Shown: piece after piece, positions 21,653-31,355 of the stretch
Layout of the letters: every line of letters begins with the position of its first letter
How positions within the stretch are numbered: position 1 is the first letter of the stretch
Assembly: GCA_036918135.1 (NCBI GenBank)
Contig: JBALDB010000020.1
Location: 77,099 to 141,098 of the forward strand
Length of the DNA stretch: 64,000 bases
Source: Nostoc sp.
GTDB taxonomy: Bacteria > Cyanobacteriota > Cyanobacteriia > Cyanobacteriales > Nostocaceae
Direction: 5' to 3'
Position numbers and translations under genes: made by a program
The notes under the pieces: generated by a model
Databases searched by the model: none
Told to the model about the DNA's origin: nothing
Seen by the model: only the letters and a program-made list of their open reading frames with translations

Positions 21653-22507
21653 TTAGCAACTTGTACTGAGCGTAGCCGAAGTATTATGAATTAGCAAAGT
21701 ACGTACAGCTTGCTCTACATCGCTTTGTTTAACTAAAGATTCTCCGATTAAAACTGCACGGGCACCAGCCTCAGCCACAAGAGATAAATCAGCAGGTGTA
21801 TACAATCCAGACTCGCTGACGACGGTGATATCCAAGCTTTGTAATTTTTGTTGACGCTCTGCTAAAAGTTGCTGTGTTGTTCCTAAATCAAGGGTAAAAT
21901 CTTCGAGGTTGCGGTTGTTGATTCCCACTAAATGTAAGTCATCAAGCTCTAACACTCGATCTAGTTCAGCCAAGGTATGCACTTCCACGAGTGCATTCAT
22001 GCCCAAATTATGAATTAGTTGTAAAAAGTCTTGGAGTTCTTGGTTTGATAAAATGGCGGCAATCAATAAGACTGCATCTGCACCTGCTGTCCGTGCTAAA
22101 TAAATTTGATAGCGGTCAATGATAAACTCCTTGCACAGTAAGGGTAATGCTACTTGTAATCGCACAGCCCGCAGATTATCAAAACTGCCCTGAAAAAACT
22201 TTTGGTCAGTCAGGACTGATAAACAAGCTGCGCCACCTCGTTCATAAGCTTGAGCAATAGCTACTGGGTCAAAATCTGCGCGGATAATTCCCCGGCTTGG
22301 TGATGCTTTTTTTACCTCGGCAATTAAGCTAGGTTGGCTAGAATTTTCCTGCAAAGCAGTCAAGAAATTTCGTACAGTCGGGGCTGTATTTAACTGTTGT
22401 CGCAAGGAGGTTAAAGGCAGTTCTTGCTGCATTTTTGCGACTTCTTTCTTTTTATGCAAGACAATTTCTTCAAGAATATGGCGGGGAGGGGCAACCTGTT
22501 TAATCAT
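21653..22507 (-). CDS. trpC: Indole-3-glycerol-phosphate synthase
   Basis: [35 protein letters not shown] and LIGESL motifs. Confidence 0.96.
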   Translation of the reverse strand: MIKQVAPPRHILEEIVLHKKKEVAKMQQELPLTSLRQQLNTAPTVRNFLTALQENSSQPSLIAEVKKASPSRGIIRADFDPVAIAQAYERGGAACLSVLTDQKFFQGSFDNLRAVRLQVALPLLCKEFIIDRYQIYLARTAGADAVLLIAAILSNQELQDFLQLIHNLGMNALVEVHTLAELDRVLELDDLHLVGINNRNLEDFTLDLGTTQQLLAERQQKLQSLDITVVSESGLYTPADLSLVAEAGARAVLIGESLVKQSDVEQAVRTLLIHNTSATLSTSC

Positions 22508-22527
22508 AAGCTTGGGGGAGATGTGGT

Positions 22528-22592
22528 TCGACTTCTCTACGAGACGCTACGCGTAGCTTGCTTCCCCGTAGGGGTACGCTCACCAACCGGGA
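22528..22592. repeat. Nested Nostoc small dispersed repeats (SDR-like)
   Basis: ttctctacgagacgctacgcgtagcttgcttccccgtaggggtacgc; related copies at 34204-34238, ~45358-45415 and ~63570-63620. Confidence 0.7.
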
Positions 22593-22622
22593 GATGGGGA
22601 AACAATGACAAATGACTGATCG

Positions 22623-24851
22623 CTAATAACCAATACTTCGGCTTTGCTCAGTACGTATGACCAATGAGTCTTGAGTTTGCGTATATGCACTTACAACATT
22701 TTTAATGATTTCCAGCCCGACTTCTCCGGCTAAAGTCATGATTGATTCTGGATGAAACTGAACGGCGGCGATAGGAAGTGTCTGATGTTCAATGCCCATA
22801 ATTACGCCGTCATCAGAAATCGCCGTCACCTTCAATTCTTTTGGTAAATATTGCGGTAGAGCGAACAATGAGTGGTATCTACCTACGGTAAAGGATTCCG
22901 GTAAGTTTTGGAAGGTTACGGAATCTGAATCAGTGACGAAAATTCGTGAGGATTTACCATGTTGAGGATAGTTGAGAACTCCCAATTCTCCACCAAAAGC
23001 TTCTACGATGCCTTGCAGTCCTAAACAAACTCCGAAAATGGGAATTTGGCGATGAAGAATAGCGCCGACAGTCTCCGGAACCCGAAAATCACTTGGTCTA
23101 CCAGGGCCGGGAGATAAAACAACTAAATCAGGTCGTTGGGTGTCGAAAAGTGAGTCAGAGAAGCCATGACGGAGTGTGGTAACGCTTGCACCAGTTTGGC
23201 GAATGTAATTAGCTAAGGTATGAACAAATGAGTCTTCATAGTCTATTAACAAGATACGTTTGTCAGATTTTACACTTGGGATACGTTTACTTAATTTTAT
23301 AGACTTAGACTCATCAATTTTCTCACTTGCTTGCTTAACACGACGAATTGTCTCAAATAAAGCAGCAGCTTTAGTAATTGTTTCTTGTTCTTCTGCTTGT
23401 GGTATGGAGTCATAAAGGACAGTAGCACCAACTCGCACTTCGGCGATGCAGTCTTTTAATCGGATTGTCCGCAGAATTAATCCAGTATTTAAATTGCCAT
23501 TGAAATTTAAATAGCCAACTGCTCCACCATACCAACGTCGAGCGCTTTTTTCATGCTGTTCGATAAATTCGATTGCGGCTCTTTTGGGTGCGCCGGTGAC
23601 TGTAACTGCCCAAGTATGGCTCAAGAAGGCATCTAAGGCATCAAATTGCGATCGCAGTGTACCTTCAACATGATCTACTGTATGAATTAAGTGGCTGTAT
23701 AATTCAATTTGGCGACGCCCAATCACTCGTACCGAACCAGGTTCGCAAATCCGAGATTTGTCATTGCGATCGACATCAGTACACATCGTCAACTCTGCTT
23801 CATCTTTGTGGGAGTTGAGTAATAGACGAATTTGCACCGCATCGTCAAGAGCATCTTGTCCCCGGCTAATAGTACCACTAATTGGACAAGTTTCTACCCG
23901 TCTCCCTTCAACCCGCACAAACATTTCTGGAGATGCACCAATCAAATATTCTCCACCTAAATTAAAAATAAATCCATAAGGACTGGGATTTATTTCCTTT
24001 AAGGTTTCAAATAATTTGCTTGGTTGCTCTTCATAGGCTTCAAAAAAGTTTTGACTGGGAACAACTTCAAATAAATCGCCTCGGCGGAAGTAATCAAGTG
24101 CAACCTCAACTTTTTTGGCATACTCGCCTACTTTATGGTCGGCATTTTGATTTGGCAGAAGATGTTTTCCTCGATAATCTACAGACTCACCTGTTCGAGG
24201 CAGATTTTTAGTGCTACCATGCACTGTTTCAAATTCATATTGTAGACGAAATCCACGTTGCTGATAGTAGTCAACAACTATTAGTTCATCAGGTAGATAA
24301 AGCACTAAATCTCGCTGGTCTTTAGGACGTTCTAAGCGATGAGGAATTGGCTCAAACTGAAAAACTAAATCATAACCAAACGCACCATACAATCCTAAAT
24401 GCTCGTCTTCTTGACTAGAGAAAGCATGTAGGATTTCGCGGATAACTGTAAACGCTGAAGGTTGTTTACTCCGGTCTTCTTCAGCAAATAATTTTTTTGC
24501 TGGTTTAACAAAGCCTACAAGATAGTTATTAACTTGGGTAATTTTATGAAGTTGTGTGGAGTTGGATAAGCACTCTAATAGTATTGGTAAAAGTACCTGA
24601 CCGCGTTCATTTAAGGCTATCAGAGTGAAAGTATTATCCTGTGTAGTCAATTCTAATGGAGGATTAACAAATCCGATCGCCCATCTCTTGTATCTCCCTG
24701 GATATTCGTAGCTACTCTTGAGCAAGCCGCCTCGCTGAGAATTTAGATAGAAAAGAATTTCTTCGAGAGCAGTGTCCATCTTCACTTCTGTGATGGTGCG
24801 AGAAACACTTACATCGCCAAGAGTTGTGTATGAACGGGAATCAAAAATCAT
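22623..24851 (-). CDS. trpE: Anthranilate synthase, TrpE-TrpG fusion
   Basis: GASPEMFV, CPISGT, DVDRND, VTGAPK and YGGAVG, then GATase domain DYEDSF, SPGPG, GVCLG and QFHPES. Confidence 0.96.
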   Translation of the reverse strand: MIFDSRSYTTLGDVSVSRTITEVKMDTALEEILFYLNSQRGGLLKSSYEYPGRYKRWAIGFVNPPLELTTQDNTFTLIALNERGQVLLPILLECLSNSTQLHKITQVNNYLVGFVKPAKKLFAEEDRSKQPSAFTVIREILHAFSSQEDEHLGLYGAFGYDLVFQFEPIPHRLERPKDQRDLVLYLPDELIVVDYYQQRGFRLQYEFETVHGSTKNLPRTGESVDYRGKHLLPNQNADHKVGEYAKKVEVALDYFRRGDLFEVVPSQNFFEAYEEQPSKLFETLKEINPSPYGFIFNLGGEYLIGASPEMFVRVEGRRVETCPISGTISRGQDALDDAVQIRLLLNSHKDEAELTMCTDVDRNDKSRICEPGSVRVIGRRQIELYSHLIHTVDHVEGTLRSQFDALDAFLSHTWAVTVTGAPKRAAIEFIEQHEKSARRWYGGAVGYLNFNGNLNTGLILRTIRLKDCIAEVRVGATVLYDSIPQAEEQETITKAAALFETIRRVKQASEKIDESKSIKLSKRIPSVKSDKRILLIDYEDSFVHTLANYIRQTGASVTTLRHGFSDSLFDTQRPDLVVLSPGPGRPSDFRVPETVGAILHRQIPIFGVCLGLQGIVEAFGGELGVLNYPQHGKSSRIFVTDSDSVTFQNLPESFTVGRYHSLFALPQYLPKELKVTAISDDGVIMGIEHQTLPIAAVQFHPESIMTLAGEVGLEIIKNVVSAYTQTQDSLVIRTEQSRSIGY

Positions 24852-25189
24852 AGCTAATTTCTCTTAGAGATAGTTATTAGTCTGTCATCAGTCGAAAGCT
24901 ATTAATCCTTATTAGTAACTATCTGCGGAACAAGGACAATTTTAGATAAGTCGATGTCTATCTAATTAAACCTGTATAAATCCGCATATTTAGGAATTAA
25001 AAGATGTAATTAAAAAGTTTTTGTTTCTGATTTAAGAGTACTAGATTTGCAGCAGAAAATACATTGAATAATTTTTCGATGAGGTGTCAATTTATTAGCT
25101 TTTTATCCCGCTCTTTAGTACTTTTACTGAAAACACTACTTGAAATTATCCGCCTCCCTCAAAGGGAAGAATAAAATGAAGCAGCAGCC

Positions 25190-26413
25190 CTACTGTAGTT
25201 GTTCCCAAGAGGTATTGTAAAACTCACACAACAACGATATTGCTTGCCCGTACAAAGACAAATCTACTTTGTGAACTTCTATTGTTTTTCCAATGCCTTG
25301 TAACAGTGTTAAAGTCAATTCTCCACCCAAATGTTCGCGGAACTCGGTTAAACCTCGAAATAGACAATCAGGATGTTCCGGTTGTGATAACTTCTGAGCT
25401 AGTTCTGGCACATACAACGTGAAACCTAAAGCCGATAAAGTATTCAGTATCCGTTGCCAATCTGAGCAATCTAGCAGTCCTAATAGATAGGAATAGGTGC
25501 TATCCAAAGCAATACCGATCGCCACAGCTTCGCCATGACGCAAGCGATAATTTGTCAAATGCTCCAGTTTATGAGCCGCCCAATGTCCAAAATCCAGGGG
25601 ACGAGACGAACCCATTTCAAAAGGATCGCCGCTATTAGCTATGTGTTCTAGGTGTAACTGGGCGCAACAATAAACGAGGCGTTGCATAGTCTCCATGTCT
25701 CGCTGCCCAAGGGCTGTAGTGTGAGAGTGGATAAAATCAAAAAATTTAGCATCCTTAATTAGCGCCACTTTGATTGCTTCTGCGATTCCAGAACGCCAAT
25801 CGCGATCGTCTAGGGTTGTCAAAAAGGCAGAATCATTTATAACTGCATAAGGTGGCGCAAACGTACCTAGAAAGTTCTTTTTCCCAAAGGCATTGATGCC
25901 GTTTTTGACTCCAACCCCGGAATCATTTTGAGCTAACACAGTTGTCGGAATCCGAATCAGGCGAATTCCTCGGTGAGCAGTTGCAGCAGCATATCCTACT
26001 AAATCCAACACAGCCCCACCGCCGATCGCTAACACGTAGGAATGGCGACATAGTCCGGCTGCTTCAATTAGTTGGTGGATTTCCTCTAATAAAGCGGGAT
26101 CGTTTTTAGCAGCTTCTCCTCCAGAAATTATCATTGGTTGAGCGGCGATCGCTAGTATCTCTGCATAAAACTGGGTATAGGCTACTAATTGCTTAACTAA
26201 TTCAGGTTGAAACTGCAATATTCCTGCGTCTATTACTGCGACTACTTTCTTTGGCTTTGTCTCTCCATCCGCTGTAATCGCTTGGGCTAAGGTGGGATTT
26301 TTTAATTCAAATAAATTTTGGGTGAAGTAAACTCCGTAGTTAAAAGTAACCGAAACATGTTGATGAATTGGTTGTAGATTGAATCTACTTTTTTGTTTGA
26401 TGTCAACTACCAT
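25190..26413 (-). CDS. aroB: Sugar-phosphate cyclase, 3-dehydroquinate synthase-like (EboD type; usually annotated aroB in scy clusters)
   Basis: GGEAAKN, GGGAVLD, PTTVLAQNDSGVGVKNG, GDPFEMGSSRPLDFGHWAAHKLE and HGEAVAIG motifs. Confidence 0.88.
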   Translation of the reverse strand: MVVDIKQKSRFNLQPIHQHVSVTFNYGVYFTQNLFELKNPTLAQAITADGETKPKKVVAVIDAGILQFQPELVKQLVAYTQFYAEILAIAAQPMIISGGEAAKNDPALLEEIHQLIEAAGLCRHSYVLAIGGGAVLDLVGYAAATAHRGIRLIRIPTTVLAQNDSGVGVKNGINAFGKKNFLGTFAPPYAVINDSAFLTTLDDRDWRSGIAEAIKVALIKDAKFFDFIHSHTTALGQRDMETMQRLVYCCAQLHLEHIANSGDPFEMGSSRPLDFGHWAAHKLEHLTNYRLRHGEAVAIGIALDSTYSYLLGLLDCSDWQRILNTLSALGFTLYVPELAQKLSQPEHPDCLFRGLTEFREHLGGELTLTLLQGIGKTIEVHKVDLSLYGQAISLLCEFYNTSWEQLQ

Positions 26414-27054
26414 ATTTTTGCTGATATCTCTAAAAGTGCGGCACGATTCAAAGCTTCAAGAAACATTTCTACCGAATGAGAACCATTTATTTTGACTTTA
26501 TTATTGATAATGAAGAATGGCACGCTGTTGATGCCATTCGGGCAAGCAAATATCGATTCAACCACAAAAGCTTTAATTGCAGCATCATCGCTCAATTGCA
26601 GCCGTAATTCCCAAGAATCCATTTGATAAGCTCTACCTATGGCAATCAGAACGTCAATATCTCCGATGTTCAAACCGTCTTCAAAGTAAGCTTTATAAAT
26701 AGCTTCTACGACATGATTTTTCACTTTTGGTGGTGCAAGTGAAATCAATCGATGCGAAAGCTTAGTATTGACAGCCAAACGAATTTTGTCAAAATCTAGC
26801 TTGACTCCAGCCGCCTTACCTGCATATTGTGTAGAATCAAACAGATGTTGCAGTTCTTTTGCTTTGATGCCTTTTCTATTTTGCATAAAACTGCGAAATT
26901 CGTACCCGTCAGCAGGAACCGTATTGTCGAGAATAAAAGGATGCCACCGGATATCTACTTCTTGTTTTTGCCATTGTGCTAGTGCATCAAACAAATGCTT
27001 TGTCCCGATTCTGCACCAGGGACAAACGGTATCGTGAAAGATGTCTATCAGCAT
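26407..27054 (-). CDS. frnE: DsbA/FrnE family thiol-disulfide oxidoreductase
   Basis: DTVCPWC and GINSVPFFIIN; overlaps the next gene by 7 nt. Confidence 0.88.
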   Translation of the reverse strand: MLIDIFHDTVCPWCRIGTKHLFDALAQWQKQEVDIRWHPFILDNTVPADGYEFRSFMQNRKGIKAKELQHLFDSTQYAGKAAGVKLDFDKIRLAVNTKLSHRLISLAPPKVKNHVVEAIYKAYFEDGLNIGDIDVLIAIGRAYQMDSWELRLQLSDDAAIKAFVVESIFACPNGINSVPFFIINNKVKINGSHSVEMFLEALNRAALLEISAKIW

Positions 27055-27066
27055 AGTTTTTGTGCT

Positions 27067-28149
27067 TCAAATGCTAATATTTGTCTGTATTTGTGGTTGA
27101 AAATCTCGTGGAACTGGTTGAGAATTTTTATTTAAAGGTTGGAGAAAAGTTTTTATTTTTTCAGCAAAAAAGCTTTGAGTATTTTCAAATTCTTGAATTA
27201 ATGCATCTTTATCTTTACTGACTACCAATCTTGCTAAACGGCTATAAGTATTAGCTAAAAAGCTAATTGCATTACACCTCTCCTCTGAAGCTAGCATAAT
27301 ATCCACACATAAATGAGGGTTTTGAGAAAACAAACGTTTAACAATTTCAATTTCTTGACGATAGTTAGGGGTTGACATTGTTAAACTTTGTTCTATATCA
27401 ATTCTTGTATGTGCCAAGAAAACACCAAGACTAAATCTACAGAAGTGCTGCGTTGCTTGAACAATCACCATCATTTGATCGTGTTCTTCAGGTGTGCAAA
27501 CAATTAACTCTCCACCTTGACTTTTAATCAAGTCTAAAAACCATTGAAATGAATCATCGTTACGTCCTGGACAGATTATCACTTTTTGTCCGCAGAAGGA
27601 TTTGATATTTGGCCCAAACATCGGATGTAAGCCCATAACTGGGCCTGAATGATATTCGAGCATTGCTTGAGTTGGCTGTGTTTTAATGCTGGTGATGTCA
27701 CACAATGCTGTAGTTGGGGCAAGGTATTTAACTGCACGCTTAATAACATCAACCGTATGTTCAATGGGAACACTTACTAACACTAACTCTGCCTGACTCA
27801 ACAGTTGCTGTGCATACTCCCAATCTTCGTGTTCGAGAACGCTAACATTGTGACCTACTAACGAAAGTTGTTCTTTGAATAATCTTCCCATCCTGCCACG
27901 TCCACCGATGATTGTAATTTGTCGAGGTATGACAGGATTTACTGATACAGATTTAGGGGTAATGGCGTGACAACTGTTGAGTATACTTAGCCAAACAGAC
28001 TCAGGAATACCAGCTTGGGCCAGTAGGGGAGCCACATCAGCCAGTTGTTTATCTAAAGAAGGAAATTCTGATGCTGCTAATAATGATAGGCGATCGCTAA
28101 GTAGAGCGATCAAGCTTTGGTCAGTTTTTTTAAGCTTCTCTAAGCTCAT
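27067..28149 (-). CDS. tyrA: Prephenate dehydrogenase with short N-terminal chorismate-mutase-like segment
   Basis: IIGGRGRMG, DITSIK, GLHPMFGP and EEHDQMM motifs. Confidence 0.92.
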   Translation of the reverse strand: MSLEKLKKTDQSLIALLSDRLSLLAASEFPSLDKQLADVAPLLAQAGIPESVWLSILNSCHAITPKSVSVNPVIPRQITIIGGRGRMGRLFKEQLSLVGHNVSVLEHEDWEYAQQLLSQAELVLVSVPIEHTVDVIKRAVKYLAPTTALCDITSIKTQPTQAMLEYHSGPVMGLHPMFGPNIKSFCGQKVIICPGRNDDSFQWFLDLIKSQGGELIVCTPEEHDQMMVIVQATQHFCRFSLGVFLAHTRIDIEQSLTMSTPNYRQEIEIVKRLFSQNPHLCVDIMLASEERCNAISFLANTYSRLARLVVSKDKDALIQEFENTQSFFAEKIKTFLQPLNKNSQPVPRDFQPQIQTNISI

Positions 28150-28427
28150 AAGTCAGTCATCTTGTAAAGGTCGCTTTGCTCTAGAATTGCGTATTGGGCA
28201 TTATATACAGCAGTTTTCGTTTCTATGAAGTACACAATTACAGGTTTTCAGGCAGTCCTGATGAAAAAAGTTTCTTCCTCTATACCCCACACCCTTTTTC
28301 AAGTCAGAAGGTAGAAAGCAGAAACATTGTATATATGATGCGTGAGTCCTGCATTTCATACTTCACTTGAAAAGTAAACTGCTATAAATCTACATACTCC
28401 CAGTTCCTAGTCCCCAGCCCATAATTT

Positions 28428-29717
28428 TCAAATATCAACAAGTGATTCTTGAGAACTCAATTCAGGTAAAATATCCAAAGTTGATGTTTTATTGGCGATC
28501 GCATCAGAGAATAGTTCTTCATACCGATCCATCGCTTGCTCAAAGCAATAGTTTTCTACTGCAAACTTTCTTCCTTTTTGTCCTAATTGCGCTGCCAGTT
28601 TTGGATGATTATATAAATCCAGTACCGCAGTTGCCAAAGCATCTGCTGACTCTGGCTCAACAATCATGCCACCGCCACTTTTTCGGATAGCTTTGGCAGC
28701 AGTACCAGTGGCGGGAACTGAACCTACAATCGGGCGACCACTAGCTAACAGCAATGGTATTTTAGAAGGCATATTAAAGGAAATTACATTATGCTTTTGC
28801 ACAATCAACCCCACATCTGCACCTGCTAACATTTGTGGTAGTTTTTCTCGTTCTTCTAATGGCAGCAGTAATACGTTATCTGCCCCACAAGCAAGACAAT
28901 GTTTTTGCAACGTTTTCAGGGCTTCGGATTCTCCAGCTATGACAAAGGCAATTTCTTTGATATGACGCAAGCAAGCTGCTGCTTCGACTACTGTCTCTAA
29001 ACCTTGCGTTAAAGCAATGTTACCTGAATAAAGTACAACAAATTTATCATCAAGTTGATGAGTAGCTCTCCAAGAGTTATTTTCCTTTGGAAAAGGGCGG
29101 ATAAAATTTAAATTTACCCAATTTGGAATGCAGGCAATTTTATTAGCAGGTACATTTTTATTTATTAAATTATCTACAAAGCCATCAGCAATCACGCTAA
29201 TAGTATGTGCAGTTCGGTAGACAAATTTTTCTATGGTTTCCAGAGTTCGGATCATCAACTTGTTTTTTATTAACCCAACACGCACAGCAGCTTCTGGAAG
29301 GATATCTTGTACATTCAACACTACAGGGCAGTTGTATAACCAACCAAGTAAGATTGCAGGTAAGGAAATCAATAGCGGCGGCACTGTTAAGAGAATGACA
29401 TCAGGCCGTTTGCCTTTAAGGGCTTGTGGGAAACTTGTAAACACAAAACTCAACTCTAGCAGTAAGCGGTCTACGAGATTAGGTTTGGACTTAATTCGCA
29501 GATAACAACGCTCGATAATAACACCATTTTTTTCTTCAGTAACGTATAACTTACCTCGATACTCATCATAAATCTGACGCTGAGGATAGTTAGGCATACC
29601 CGTAATCACCCGCACTTGGTGACCTCGTTTGACTAACCCTTCTGCTAGTTCAGTCATCAAAGGTGCAATACCAATTGGCTCTGGAGAATAGTTGTATGAA
29701 TAAATCAGAATGTGCAT
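28428..29717 (-). CDS. GT4 glycosyltransferase (WcaI-like)
   Basis: YSPEPIGIA, PNYP, NVQDILP, YSGNI...QGLE and PSKI..LLASGRP motifs. Confidence 0.92.
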   Translation of the reverse strand: MHILIYSYNYSPEPIGIAPLMTELAEGLVKRGHQVRVITGMPNYPQRQIYDEYRGKLYVTEEKNGVIIERCYLRIKSKPNLVDRLLLELSFVFTSFPQALKGKRPDVILLTVPPLLISLPAILLGWLYNCPVVLNVQDILPEAAVRVGLIKNKLMIRTLETIEKFVYRTAHTISVIADGFVDNLINKNVPANKIACIPNWVNLNFIRPFPKENNSWRATHQLDDKFVVLYSGNIALTQGLETVVEAAACLRHIKEIAFVIAGESEALKTLQKHCLACGADNVLLLPLEEREKLPQMLAGADVGLIVQKHNVISFNMPSKIPLLLASGRPIVGSVPATGTAAKAIRKSGGGMIVEPESADALATAVLDLYNHPKLAAQLGQKGRKFAVENYCFEQAMDRYEELFSDAIANKTSTLDILPELSSQESLVDI

Positions 29718-29786
29718 AAGCTCTTAATCCCCGGAAGCACCTTGATAATGTTGGCTTTATTGTGTTGCCCAGTTTTTATTTCCCTT

Positions 29787-29982
29787 ATTTGTAATTCGTA
29801 ATTCGTAATACTCACTTGGGCGTGAGAAGCAAGCTATATATTTTTCCTAATTACAATCAGTGGTAGCGGCTGAACTCTTTACTGTCTTGTTGACCACTGA
29901 ATTACAAATGAGCATCTGAGCTGCTATACCCTTTTTAATTACAAATTACGAATTACAAATTACGAATTACGAATTAGTAATT
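29787..29982. repeat. Inverted pair of STRR-type heptamer arrays (gtaattc / gaattac)
   Basis: ttgtaattcgtaattcgtaat at ~29789-29809 and aattacaaattacgaattacaaattacgaattacgaatt at ~29937-29975. Confidence 0.75.
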
Positions 29983-29984
29983 AT

Positions 29985-31181
29985 TTAGCACTGTTTTTGC
30001 AGTTCCTTCTCTAAACTCAAGACTGGCTTTTGTTGCCCACGTTTGCGTAATGTGACGGTAGCAGCCCCAAGTCCGAGTAATGCTAGACCTAACGCTGAAC
30101 TAGGTTCAGGTACTTGAGTTGTGCCCTCTACATTTAACACTTGAACGCGACCTTGGAAGAAATCGCCCACATAAAGCTTGCCATCTTTAAGGGCTGTCCC
30201 ACCCGTCCAGTTAAATCTGCCAGGAGTGAGGTCGAGGGGATTACCAAAAGGAGGACCAGTTAATGCTGGAGGTGGGACTGGGTTGCCTGATGCATCTAGG
30301 GCGGGTTGACCGTAGGAAGTCAGAAACTTACCGTTTTTATCAAATACCTGAACGCGGCTATTGATAGAATCAGCTACATAGACATTCTCTTGGTCGTCCA
30401 CTTCGATGCCAATTGGCTGAAGAAGCTGTCCAGGTTCGCTACCTGCTGAACCAAATGCGTACAGAGGTTTACCATTTGGATCGAGTACTTGAACGCGGTT
30501 GTTATACTGGTCAGCTAGAAAGATATTTCCACTAACTGGGGAAATTCTTATACCTGCTACACCTTGAGTTTCTCCAAGTCCAGTGCCAACGGTGCCACCA
30601 ATGACACCAAGTGGCTGTCCGTCTGGTGTGAATTTAAGGATTCTTTCACCGTTAAAATCACCAACGTACACGTTGCCAGCTTTGTCAAATGTCACACCAG
30701 ATGGTCCAAAGAAAAGCCTATCATTTATACGAGGGGTAAATTCTCCATTTGCAAAGGATCTAATAAAGTTACCCTGAGAATCGAATTGATTGATGCGGTT
30801 GTTGTAAACATCACCTGCATACAGATCCCCTGTTACGGGATTAAAGTCTACAGTTGTTGGCTCATCAAATTGTCCGGGTCCTGTGCCGCCAGAGCCAATT
30901 GCTCCAATATACTCACCGCTAGGACTAAATTTTTCAATTTTGTCACCGAGGTTGAAATTAGGAGTACCATCCGGGTTAACACCGCGTCCGTTAGCTACGT
31001 AGGTATTCCCTTGGTCATCCACTGCTATGCCTTGGGGAACAAACAGCTGCCCAGGACCGAAGCCAGGGCTACTGATAATTCTATCTTGAGTTAATGTTAC
31101 AGCCTTGGCTTGGGCTGCCGTTGCCAACACCATGAATCCAGTACCAAGAATGCCGATTGATATATTTTTGACTAGTCCCAT
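29985..31181 (-). CDS. scyF: ScyF, NHL-repeat beta-propeller PEP-CTERM protein
   Basis: Signal peptide, NHL repeats (PQGIAVD, YVADSINSRVQVFD), C-terminal VPEPSSALGLALLGLG...RKR; position in cluster. Confidence 0.92.
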   Translation of the reverse strand: MGLVKNISIGILGTGFMVLATAAQAKAVTLTQDRIISSPGFGPGQLFVPQGIAVDDQGNTYVANGRGVNPDGTPNFNLGDKIEKFSPSGEYIGAIGSGGTGPGQFDEPTTVDFNPVTGDLYAGDVYNNRINQFDSQGNFIRSFANGEFTPRINDRLFFGPSGVTFDKAGNVYVGDFNGERILKFTPDGQPLGVIGGTVGTGLGETQGVAGIRISPVSGNIFLADQYNNRVQVLDPNGKPLYAFGSAGSEPGQLLQPIGIEVDDQENVYVADSINSRVQVFDKNGKFLTSYGQPALDASGNPVPPPALTGPPFGNPLDLTPGRFNWTGGTALKDGKLYVGDFFQGRVQVLNVEGTTQVPEPSSALGLALLGLGAATVTLRKRGQQKPVLSLEKELQKQC

Positions 31182-31355
31182 GAGTTTTAAGTCCTGGTTG
31201 TATGAGTTATACTCTTTCCTAGACTAATTTCGTTCCCAGTCCCAGTTTGGGAACCCTGAAATTTGGGCTGCTGCTTCTTGTTTGAAATGCAACTTTCTGT
31301 GTAGAGGCAGCAGCCTTTCTGTGAGCATTCCCTGACAAAGTCAGGTAAAGAGGAA

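Noticed and set aside
14118..24851. Missing trpF as a sign of cluster decay
   Set aside because: trpF is normally absent from scytonemin clusters and is supplied by the housekeeping copy.
25190..26413. Mycosporine (MAA) cluster DDGS gene mysA
   Set aside because: No O-methyltransferase or ATP-grasp neighbours; motifs and context fit EboD/AroB of the scy cluster.
30564..31094. 176-aa plus-strand ORF and other short ORFs overlapping long genes (e.g. 53641-54087, 17234-17593, 61663-62049)
   Set aside because: Shadow ORFs antisense or out of frame to well-supported genes, with no recognisable motifs.
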